From Leptospira sp. (GTDB lineage: Bacteria > Spirochaetota > Leptospiria > Leptospirales > Leptospiraceae): 64,000 nt of DNA. Shown here in pieces: positions 55,866 to 64,000 of the stretch; the stretch's first letter is position 1; each line of letters starts with the position of its first letter. The position numbers and the translations under genes were made by a program. The stretch is taken from the NCBI GenBank assembly GCA_034439575.1, contig JAWXAQ010000016.1, positions 32,001-96,000 of the forward strand, read 5' to 3'. A model generated the notes under the pieces. It did no database searches. It worked only from the letters and a program-made list of their open reading frames with translations, and was not told where the DNA came from.

Positions 55866-58679
55866 ATGACCGCAGGCGCTTCCGTAGGTTCAATTTATGG
55901 TCAAATGATTCTCGATACTTCTCAGTATGAACAAGCACTGAGGAGCATGGTAGGTCTTACCAGTTCTGGTGGTAAGAATATGGAGAAGTCAATTGACGGA
56001 CTTGGGAAGCGAATTGATGAACTCGAAGGCAAAACAGAAAAAGGCAGAAAAAAGGTAGATGAATATGCAAAAGCATTTGGGGCATTAGGTGGGATTCTTG
56101 GAGCTGGTGCTATCGTTGGGGGACTAAGATCTCTTACAACAGAAGCTGGAAAATTCGAAACCATTTCCACATCATTCAATGTTCTTACTGGAAGTGTTGA
56201 AAAAGGAACTAAGGTTCTGAAAGACTTAAATAAATACTCTCTCGATACACCGTTTACTCCGGAACAAGTTTTCAAAGCAGGTCGGGCACTCACAGCTTTT
56301 CAAATTACAGGTGATAAGTTAATTCCCACAATGAAAGCAATCGGTGACATTTCTGCTGGAACCGGTAAGGAATTCACAGAACTTGCAACGATTTATGGTA
56401 AAGCCAAAATCGCAGGCACTCTTTATGCAGAAGATATTAACCAACTTCTTGAAGCTGGTGTCCCCATCATGGGAGAATTTGCAAAGCAACTCGGTGTTTC
56501 CGAATCAGCAGTTAAGAAGATGGCGTCTGAAGGAAAAGTTAATTTTGCAATGCTTGAAAAAGCATTCGTGAGTTTGACTTCGGCTGGTGGTCCATTCTAC
56601 GAAATGACCGCACAACAGGCGCAAACTTTCGAAGGATTAACTTCCACTTTGGAAGGTGGTGCTCAAGAACTTAAAAGAGCATTCGGGGAAGGATTAGTAG
56701 AAGTTCTAAAACCAGTTGTAGTCGGACTTAGTCGAGTGATTGATGTTGTTCTAAAATTCAAAAACGAAAATCCAAATACATTTCGTGCCATAACTCTTTT
56801 GACCGCAGGCTTCGCTGCTCTCGTTGCCATTCTTATCGGTGGGGCTGGCTTGGTAACTGCGTTAGGTGTAGTGGGATCAGCTTTGTCTACATTCGGAATT
56901 AGCATGACAATGGCATTAGGCCCTATAGGGCTAGTTACAGCTGGAATAATAACCTTGGTTGGGTTATATGCTCAAATGAAAGATGGTGCCATTAATGCAT
57001 TAAGAGAAATTCAAAGAGAATCAGAAAGATTGTCTCAAACAAATGGGAAGGTGAGTAAAGCAACAAAGGATAACTTAGATGCAATGGTAAAGTCATTTGA
57101 AAATGTTAGGAATTCGGGTACGATGGCGACTCGTATTGCATTCTCAAATGCTTTTATCGAAAATATTAAAAATGCATCCGGTCTTACTAAAGAGTTTAAA
57201 GATCATTTAACTCAATTAGCAGGTTCTGCAAGAGACAGTGAATCATCATTTACTGCATTAAAAACAGCAATAGCAAGCTTAGCGGTCGAAGAGAATAAAC
57301 GAAATCCCAGTAGAACTGGTGGTAGTGGTGGAAATACTTCGCCAACCAATAATGAGCCAGAAAAACCAATAAAAATTGATTTAAACATAGATACAGGTGC
57401 ATTCGAAGGATTAAAGCAATCCGCAATAAAGGCGGTTCCAGAAATTTCAAAATACATTTCAGAAAAGCTAGGAGTTTCGATTGATGGTGACCTTGGCAAG
57501 TGGTTTCAAACTACAGGCGGTCAATGGACTCAAGGACTCATGGCAACTGTTTCAAAGGGAATCGAAGTTGTTATGGCTTCGATTAATGCGAAAGGTGCAC
57601 TTGCTCAAGCAAGACTTCAGAACCAAACACAGAATCTAAATTTTTGGTCTTCTTTCGCTAATCGCCAAACAGACGAACAACTAAAGATTACGAATGCTGG
57701 ATTAGATAAAGAAGTTGAAGCACTGGAAGCACAAAAGCAAGAACTACTTCGTATTGAACAAGAGTATCAAGCAGCTCGTGATGAGACAAAGAAATCCGAA
57801 ATCGAAAAAATCAAAGCACAGATTGAAGAAGAATACAATCTCCAAGCGCAATTATTACAAGATAAATTTCTCCAAGAATCTGAACGCCAAGAGACGGAAA
57901 TGGCATCAGAAGAAGTTGCAAATGCAAATGTTGAAACATTGCAAGAAGACCACCTTGCTAACATTAATGATTTAAGGTCAAGATTTGACCAAGAAAAATC
58001 CGATCGAATTGCTGCTCTGAATGATAGTATGCAATCGGAAGATGAAGCGAGAAAATCAAAACAGGTAAATACAGAAAAATCTTTAGTCGCTCAAATTGCA
58101 GCGATCGAAAAAGAAAAAATCGCTAACCAGGAAGCGGCGGACAAAAAGAAAAAGGACATGGAACGAGATAACGCTCGTTTGCAATGGGTTCTTGGAATGA
58201 ATGCATTCGCTATTCAGAAACAATCCGCTATCATGCAAGCAAAAATAAATATGGCTATGATGATCATGGATATAACTAAATCCGCGTTCTCTGCCATACC
58301 ATTTACTTTGCCAATTTTAGGATTTTTACCTATGGCCTACACTGCTGGAAACATGGCGATTCAGGCTGCATCGACTTCGCAGTATCCGCCTCCACCAGCG
58401 ACCGCTTTCGCATTAGGTGGTAGAGTAGAGGGAGGAATTCCAGGCAAGGACTCCGTTCCTAGTATGCTTATGCCTGGAGAGCTTGTAGTTCCGAATAAGA
58501 ATTTCGATGAGGTTGTGGATTCGGTTGCGAGTAAACGACGAATCAATCAGGAAGCAATTGTCATGAACTTCAATTTTTCAGAAATGAATTTTCATGGTGT
58601 TTCTGATGCGGAATCTGTTGCGCACGAAATCAAAGATATAATTTTCCAAGAAGTTCGTTCTGCGGTGGCAGCATTATGA
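55866..58679 (+). CDS. Tail tape measure protein
   Basis: TPFTPEQV...IGDISAG...EDINQLLEAGVPI tape-measure domain, TM segments, FALGG...DSVPSMLMPGELVV. Confidence 0.92.
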   Translation: MTAGASVGSIYGQMILDTSQYEQALRSMVGLTSSGGKNMEKSIDGLGKRIDELEGKTEKGRKKVDEYAKAFGALGGILGAGAIVGGLRSLTTEAGKFETISTSFNVLTGSVEKGTKVLKDLNKYSLDTPFTPEQVFKAGRALTAFQITGDKLIPTMKAIGDISAGTGKEFTELATIYGKAKIAGTLYAEDINQLLEAGVPIMGEFAKQLGVSESAVKKMASEGKVNFAMLEKAFVSLTSAGGPFYEMTAQQAQTFEGLTSTLEGGAQELKRAFGEGLVEVLKPVVVGLSRVIDVVLKFKNENPNTFRAITLLTAGFAALVAILIGGAGLVTALGVVGSALSTFGISMTMALGPIGLVTAGIITLVGLYAQMKDGAINALREIQRESERLSQTNGKVSKATKDNLDAMVKSFENVRNSGTMATRIAFSNAFIENIKNASGLTKEFKDHLTQLAGSARDSESSFTALKTAIASLAVEENKRNPSRTGGSGGNTSPTNNEPEKPIKIDLNIDTGAFEGLKQSAIKAVPEISKYISEKLGVSIDGDLGKWFQTTGGQWTQGLMATVSKGIEVVMASINAKGALAQARLQNQTQNLNFWSSFANRQTDEQLKITNAGLDKEVEALEAQKQELLRIEQEYQAARDETKKSEIEKIKAQIEEEYNLQAQLLQDKFLQESERQETEMASEEVANANVETLQEDHLANINDLRSRFDQEKSDRIAALNDSMQSEDEARKSKQVNTEKSLVAQIAAIEKEKIANQEAADKKKKDMERDNARLQWVLGMNAFAIQKQSAIMQAKINMAMMIMDITKSAFSAIPFTLPILGFLPMAYTAGNMAIQAASTSQYPPPPATAFALGGRVEGGIPGKDSVPSMLMPGELVVPNKNFDEVVDSVASKRRINQEAIVMNFNFSEMNFHGVSDAESVAHEIKDIIFQEVRSAVAAL

Positions 58680-59467
58680 TATCATATTATATCCAAAACA
58701 GGAAAGGAGAAGTCTTACATTTTCAGGATAAGAATGCGAGAAGGGAACCTCTCGAATTTAAACCGAATAAGCAATCTTACGCCAAACAGAATCAATTCGG
58801 TGTTATTACTAGAGGTTCATTTAAACAGGCTGAGAAAAAAATATCTCTCAAATTTAATTTAATCGCAGAATCCCCAGATGAGTATTATTATAAACTCAAT
58901 TCAATTGCCGCTTTCTTATATAATCAATACAATGCCCCATTCTATTTATATTCAGTGGAAAGAAAAGTCAGAGGCAAAATTTCCATAAACTCTTTGAAAG
59001 AGAATTTCCTAGATGGCCATGAAGCGCGTTTAGGAATAGATTGTATTCTCGATCTGCAATTGGAAGACGCTCTTTGGGAATCAAATTCCGAATTACCGGA
59101 GACCAAAATTCTTGCCAATGGCGATTCTGTAAAAATTGAAATTGGTGCCGACTCAGTAGATTGCGCTCCAATTTTTACACTTACAAATCTTGATGCTTCA
59201 GTAAATCCTGAATTTGCTCTTTCTATTGTGAACGATGATTTCTCTGCAAATCTCATAGTTGCGAATACTGGATTTTCTACAGATAAAATTATCAAAATAG
59301 ATTGTGCAGATGGAAAGATATTCCTAGATTCAATTGCTTCTTCTCCGTCGATCATCGCTGGAAATTATTTTCCACTTCTTCCTGGTGAAAACATTGTCAC
59401 TTATGAATGCAAGACCAATCAAAATGTAGAGTTAAAAACTGCTTACAGATATAGGAGGCTTTTCTAA
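58676..59467 (+). CDS. Distal tail (Dit)-like protein
   Basis: Follows TMP; ends GNYFPLLPGENIVTY...YRYRRL. Confidence 0.7.
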   Translation: MISYYIQNRKGEVLHFQDKNARREPLEFKPNKQSYAKQNQFGVITRGSFKQAEKKISLKFNLIAESPDEYYYKLNSIAAFLYNQYNAPFYLYSVERKVRGKISINSLKENFLDGHEARLGIDCILDLQLEDALWESNSELPETKILANGDSVKIEIGADSVDCAPIFTLTNLDASVNPEFALSIVNDDFSANLIVANTGFSTDKIIKIDCADGKIFLDSIASSPSIIAGNYFPLLPGENIVTYECKTNQNVELKTAYRYRRLF

Positions 59468-61332
59468 TGCCTACCATATACGAAGAGGCTTACTCTAATG
59501 GGTTCGGTGGTTTTCCGTTTGGCGGATTGATTTATTCTCAAGGTGCCATTCGCATTAATTACAATCTTAGAAACGATGGGAAAACGGATGATGATTTTTT
59601 ATCGTTCGGAATTGCAAATGGATCTTTCCTAGAATCATTTCCTATCGATGTACAGAATACAATTTTCCAAAAATTATCATTTGTTGTAAATAATGGAGGG
59701 AATTGCCAGAGCTTCAAGTTCTCACTCAATTCTCTTCCCGATGTTCCATTGCTTACTTATACTGAGTATGCTTTAAAGTTTGGATCCATTCCGCGATTCA
59801 AAGGATATATCACAAAACGACCTATCCCTGGTGAAGATGAAGATTTGAATTTTTCAGGTTATGGATTTTTCAAGAAGATCGAAAAAACAAAAATAAAAAA
59901 TCCAGATAATCATTTGATTCAAAGCGTAAGCCAATCAGGTACAACAATGACTTTGAATTTATTACCAGGTTCACTCGTTGCATCAGCAAAAGTTGGCTTA
60001 AAGATTGTAGTCAAAAATTGCAATGAATCTAAGAACAATGGAGTTTTCGAGATAACATCTAACGGAACAGCTACAATAGTTGTATTGAATCCTTCAGGTG
60101 TTACAGATTCGAGCATTAGCGGAGTAGTTTATATTCTACCAATCGAATGGACAGAATCAACTCGCATAGATCTGCTAATCAAAAAAACGCTCTCGATGTC
60201 ACTCACATCAAGCAATCAAGTTTTATACGATCCCTCTACAATCGAAGAAACAACAGGATTTCTTTCGGCAGGTGAAGTTAATTTTGAAGGAATGGAAATT
60301 GGTAAATTCTTCGATTTGATGAGGAAGTTTTTGCAAAGAAAATATTACATCGGGATAGATGGATACGGTAAAATATTCGTCCGTCAAATTCCTCTTCAAA
60401 TGATTCAAAAGCTTCACGCTGGATTTGATTTTCCATCTGGATCAATTAACACAGATGAGGAAGTTGCAGGGAATTTAATTACGGTAAATAAATCTGATTC
60501 TAAATCAGGTAAAAGTTCTGGTTCTTCGATCGCTGGAATTGCAAGTGATCCGACATCGGTTGCAAAGTACGGAGAACAGCCTTATAGCGAAGATATCCCA
60601 GGTCATCTTTCTGCTGATACTGGAAATTTATATGCAAATGCTCTTTTGATCATAATGAAAGATCCAATCATTCAAGGCGAGGCAAAGGATATGCCTTGGC
60701 GTTGGTATGATTTCGGTCTCTATGGTTATGTTACTAAAACAGATTTTTATCCATTCACAATAGAGGATTTCGACTCATTAACTAATTGGGTAACTGATGC
60801 AGAGATCACAAGATCGATCGTTAATTCAAAGTTAGTGAACGGTGCAAACAGCCATAAATTAGTATTAACTTCTGCTTCGGAAAATAAGGTTCATCGGAAG
60901 CCAATTTCGTTCCGGATGAATTCTGGAAAGAATATGTTTTTCTACATGTTCTCTAATGTAAAAATCAAAATCAGATATGGTTTTGGAACAGATTCTTGGA
61001 ACGAGAATGTATATGACTTCGAGACTTTCGAAGTCGATCGTTGGTTTCCCTACCGAGTTCAATTCCAAGGCCTCACCAAACAGATAAATCATATAGGATT
61101 TCAAATTCTTTCGGATATTGATGCTGAAGTATACTTAGATTTCCTAAATTGTTTTTCCTACACTGCCTTACATTATGAACTTCAATTGGATCAGGCAGAA
61201 TACATTATAGATAGTCACGAACGAAAAGTAACTTTGAAGTTTGGTGATCTAACTCGCAATCCTGGATTTGAGCAATATATTGCAGGGATCAAAGCACAAG
61301 CAGAAGTCGCAAAAATGATGGTAAGAAAATGA
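59467..61332 (+). CDS. Tail hub/baseplate (Tal-like) protein
   Basis: Follows Dit; ASDPTSVAKYG hub motif; 621 aa. Confidence 0.6.
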   Translation: MPTIYEEAYSNGFGGFPFGGLIYSQGAIRINYNLRNDGKTDDDFLSFGIANGSFLESFPIDVQNTIFQKLSFVVNNGGNCQSFKFSLNSLPDVPLLTYTEYALKFGSIPRFKGYITKRPIPGEDEDLNFSGYGFFKKIEKTKIKNPDNHLIQSVSQSGTTMTLNLLPGSLVASAKVGLKIVVKNCNESKNNGVFEITSNGTATIVVLNPSGVTDSSISGVVYILPIEWTESTRIDLLIKKTLSMSLTSSNQVLYDPSTIEETTGFLSAGEVNFEGMEIGKFFDLMRKFLQRKYYIGIDGYGKIFVRQIPLQMIQKLHAGFDFPSGSINTDEEVAGNLITVNKSDSKSGKSSGSSIAGIASDPTSVAKYGEQPYSEDIPGHLSADTGNLYANALLIIMKDPIIQGEAKDMPWRWYDFGLYGYVTKTDFYPFTIEDFDSLTNWVTDAEITRSIVNSKLVNGANSHKLVLTSASENKVHRKPISFRMNSGKNMFFYMFSNVKIKIRYGFGTDSWNENVYDFETFEVDRWFPYRVQFQGLTKQINHIGFQILSDIDAEVYLDFLNCFSYTALHYELQLDQAEYIIDSHERKVTLKFGDLTRNPGFEQYIAGIKAQAEVAKMMVRK

Positions 61333-62267
61333 CAATTAAATACGGTGATAGGTTTTCAGATTTCAGATATGATCCAATCGATCAGGCTTTAGTTCCCCAA
61401 GAGATTCAAGGCTCCGATGGATTCGATGGTTCAGATCCAAATGGCGAGTTTCATCAAGCTTTACTTCTTAAGGGAACAAATAATAAATATGGATTCTCTC
61501 CCATTGAGATGCCTTTTCGAGATACATCGATTCCAAATTCAGGAATTATCGTCTATGAAATTGACGATCCATTAACTAATGTTGCAATCGGTTCACCTTT
61601 AACACAAGTTCGTCCGCCTATTGGTTCCCAGCCTGGTCTGACCGAATACGCAGTTGATTTCAATAATCCAATTCCTTACTTAAATACTGGCCGTATCATA
61701 GTTAATTCAGCTAACGCAAATAAATACTATCGAATGCATCGTTACTTCGGAATGGGAGGGATCAATTCAGTTGCGAATACAATGGCAATTGAAGCAGCCG
61801 TTTTATCTACGAAACTATCACGTGATGGTTCACTTGCAATGACAGGTCCTTTAAATATGGGGACTCAAAAAATCACATCACTTGCGAATGGAGTTTCAGC
61901 TGGTGATGCTGTAAACGTTGGGCAAATTCCGTCATTGCTTTCTGGCTCTGTACAAAGTCTCAAAGGATGCGCTGAATATGTTTTGCCTCAAGCAAGTGAT
62001 ACAATAACAGACGATAAATATATTTACCAAATTCAAATGACTGGATCTGGAAGCGTTCCAGGTGGTCACATAATTGATATCACAGGAATGCCTATTACAG
62101 TTGGAAATGTGGTTTGGGTTTCCTTCCATCAACCTGCCGCCAATCCAGTTTCTCCAAATGTCGTTAAAATTCATGGAAATACTATAATTTCAACAACGAA
62201 CTCAGCACTAATTTTCGGCATAGCCTACAGAAATTTAGGTGGCTGGCTTTTCTATCAGGTTAACTAA
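61329..62267 (+). CDS. Tail fibre/receptor-binding protein
   Basis: LSRDGSLAMTGPLNMGTQKITSLANGVSAGDAVNVGQ fibre/adhesin-stalk motif, then a short beta head. Confidence 0.6.
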   Translation: MTIKYGDRFSDFRYDPIDQALVPQEIQGSDGFDGSDPNGEFHQALLLKGTNNKYGFSPIEMPFRDTSIPNSGIIVYEIDDPLTNVAIGSPLTQVRPPIGSQPGLTEYAVDFNNPIPYLNTGRIIVNSANANKYYRMHRYFGMGGINSVANTMAIEAAVLSTKLSRDGSLAMTGPLNMGTQKITSLANGVSAGDAVNVGQIPSLLSGSVQSLKGCAEYVLPQASDTITDDKYIYQIQMTGSGSVPGGHIIDITGMPITVGNVVWVSFHQPAANPVSPNVVKIHGNTIISTTNSALIFGIAYRNLGGWLFYQVN

Positions 62268-62268
62268 A

Positions 62269-62583
62269 ATGATTCCAGATTTTGTTAATTATAACTTCAA
62301 GAAGGGAACTGACTGGGAGATTCGAATCGCTGCTTCATACGCAGGGTTTGTTGGATTTTGCGATGCCAAAATGATCAACAACCCAAATCGTAAAATATCA
62401 GCTGAAGTGATTGTTGAAGCTGAACAAGTTTTAGTAAAATTTCCATATTCGATTACTACTGATGCGTTAGTTGGAGATTATATTTTCGACGTAGAATTGA
62501 ATTCTGGTGACTTAGGAGATCCCTATTCTCAGAGTTTTGACACGTTCACAATAGGAAGAGGAAAGATTAGAGTTACATTATGA
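62269..62583 (+). CDS. Small baseplate/BppU-like protein
   Basis: KKGTDW...GDYIFDVEL...GRGKIRV. Confidence 0.5.
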   Translation: MIPDFVNYNFKKGTDWEIRIAASYAGFVGFCDAKMINNPNRKISAEVIVEAEQVLVKFPYSITTDALVGDYIFDVELNSGDLGDPYSQSFDTFTIGRGKIRVTL

Positions 62584-64000
62584 GCGAGCCGAAAGAAAAA
62601 ACACTGAAAATTTACAGAGGGGATACTACAAGAGAAGTATTCTATGTAGAAAATATTGATCCAGCTAATTTTAGTTCTATTACCATAAGATTGGAAGCAA
62701 AGAGAAGCGATAACAATCAGTATGTAATCGGAATTGATGTTTTAGAATCTGATATCGGAAATGATTGGGAAAATAATCTTGTGCAGGTAAATTTCTCGCC
62801 TGCTTCGACTCAGAACATACAAGGAGAAGATACAATTCTCCTTCGCTATGATTTGGAAGTCACGAGAATCACACCGGATGGAACAGAGGTAAAGAGTGAA
62901 TATAATGGTTCCATTGTACTCATAGCAGATGTTACCGTAGGAAATCCAGTTGTAACTCCAGAAACTCTCGTCGATATTTACAATAATTTAGTATCAACGA
63001 ACGACGCAAAAGGTGCATCATATATCGGTGTTAAATCTTCGATTTGGTTTGGGATTGCAACTACGGTTCAAGGTGCCTTGCAATGGATTAAAGAAAACTA
63101 TTTAGAATTTACTGGAACATTTTCAGCGAATAAACTTCTAAAAAGTGGATCATCCCTTGCGAAAGCAACAGTCTCAGGAATTTCAATTTCAGGAGATGAC
63201 GAACTTTCTGGCGTCAAATCAATTACTGTTACAGATCCACCTAGCGACGCAAACCACCTAACTAATAAGGATTATGTAGATGATGGGCTCGCACTAAAAG
63301 AAAATCTTAGCAATAAATCTACAAACACTGCTCTCGGTGGATCTGATTCTCTTTACCCGTCACAAAATGCAGTTAAGGTTTTTGTAGAGAATTCAATCAG
63401 TGCGGCATCTGTAGGATTTCTTAAAGACCGTGGAAACTATGATGCTTCAAGTAATCTATTCCCTTCGACTGGTGGCAGTGGACCAAGCGGTACTATCGAG
63501 AAGGGAAACCTCTGGACAATTAGCGTTGCTGGAACTCTCGGAGGAACGGCTGTTACGATTGGTGATGTAGTTCGTTCTCTTGTAGATTCCCCTGGCCAGA
63601 CTTCTTCCAATTGGGCAATCGGAGAAAATAACTTTGGCTATGTTGCGGAAAACTCTGCAAACAAAAATCAAAACAGTGGTTATGCTGGATTAGATTCTTC
63701 AGGAAACTTCGTTCAAAATTCTGACAAACTTCCAGAAGGATCGACGAATTTATTTTTCACAACTGCAAGAGCAATAGCTTCGGTATTAACCGGTTATTCA
63801 GCAACAAGTGGAACGATTTCAGCGAGCGATTCAATCTTGCAAGCAATCCAAAAAATTGGCTATTTCATAGCCAATATCGGGTCATCTATTCTGAATCAAG
63901 CGCTTACTGGTCTATCACTTGCAACTGGTGGAACGATTTCTTCATCTGATTCGATTGTCGTTGCCTTTGGAAAACTTCAAAAACAAATCACTGATCTAGT
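62580..64000 (+). CDS. Long tail fibre protein, truncated by window end (absent from ORF track)
   Basis: Open from ATG 62580 to the end: IYRGDT...YDLEV BppU-like N-terminus, NKDYVD, YPSQNAVK, LPEGSTNLFFT, DSILQAIQK/DSIVVAFGKLQKQ fibre motifs. Confidence 0.85.
   Translation, partial: MSEPKEKTLKIYRGDTTREVFYVENIDPANFSSITIRLEAKRSDNNQYVIGIDVLESDIGNDWENNLVQVNFSPASTQNIQGEDTILLRYDLEVTRITPDGTEVKSEYNGSIVLIADVTVGNPVVTPETLVDIYNNLVSTNDAKGASYIGVKSSIWFGIATTVQGALQWIKENYLEFTGTFSANKLLKSGSSLAKATVSGISISGDDELSGVKSITVTDPPSDANHLTNKDYVDDGLALKENLSNKSTNTALGGSDSLYPSQNAVKVFVENSISAASVGFLKDRGNYDASSNLFPSTGGSGPSGTIEKGNLWTISVAGTLGGTAVTIGDVVRSLVDSPGQTSSNWAIGENNFGYVAENSANKNQNSGYAGLDSSGNFVQNSDKLPEGSTNLFFTTARAIASVLTGYSATSGTISASDSILQAIQKIGYFIANIGSSILNQALTGLSLATGGTISSSDSIVVAFGKLQKQITDL

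Larger units (their letters stand above)
25750..64000 (+). mobile_element. Siphovirus-like prophage, right end beyond window, left boundary approximate
   Basis: Unbroken plus-strand run: antirepressor, SbcCD, VRR-NUC, TerS/TerL, portal, capsid, tail tube, tape measure, Dit, fibres; no sheath gene. Confidence 0.93.

Noticed and set aside
28406-63671. All minus-strand ORFs within the prophage (e.g. 33991-34413, 39302-39718, 58942-59355)
   Set aside because: Antisense to coupled plus-strand genes; none resembles a repressor or integrase
61329-64000. Diversity-generating retroelement at the tail fibres
   Set aside because: No reverse transcriptase and no TR/VR pair differing at adenines within the window

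Overview
Bacterial chromosome segment, most consistent with Leptospira (inferred from AT-rich DNA, spirochaete-type lipoprotein signals, a DUF1566 lipoprotein and the FecR/ECF, ruvA and DUF2225 context). Bases 1 to about 25,700 are host and accessory genes: an ECF sigma/FecR pair, a TetR-controlled efflux locus (truncated adaptor plus a single 1443-aa RND-TolC fusion, then DUF2141, SDR and a monooxygenase-like gene), an ECF sigma/YciI operon, an IS1595 remnant and housekeeping genes (HIT, ROK, ABC, ruvA). From about 25,750 to the window end lies an all-plus-strand siphovirus-like prophage that runs off the right edge. It carries an antirepressor, an SbcCD-like recombination module, replication and nin-like accessory genes, a DNA-modification-like cassette (DUF488, methyltransferase-GNAT fusion, ParB-like, HTH small terminase), a second small terminase, TerL, portal, scaffold, P22-like capsid, neck, tail tube, a frameshifting tail chaperone, tape measure, Dit, hub and two fibre genes. 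No integrase, repressor or lysis genes are visible. The best candidate for an undescribed system is the modification cassette at 41792-45263, whose extra small terminase shares a C-terminal motif with the resident TerS, suggesting modification coupled to packaging. All family assignments come from motif recognition by eye, not from database searches.
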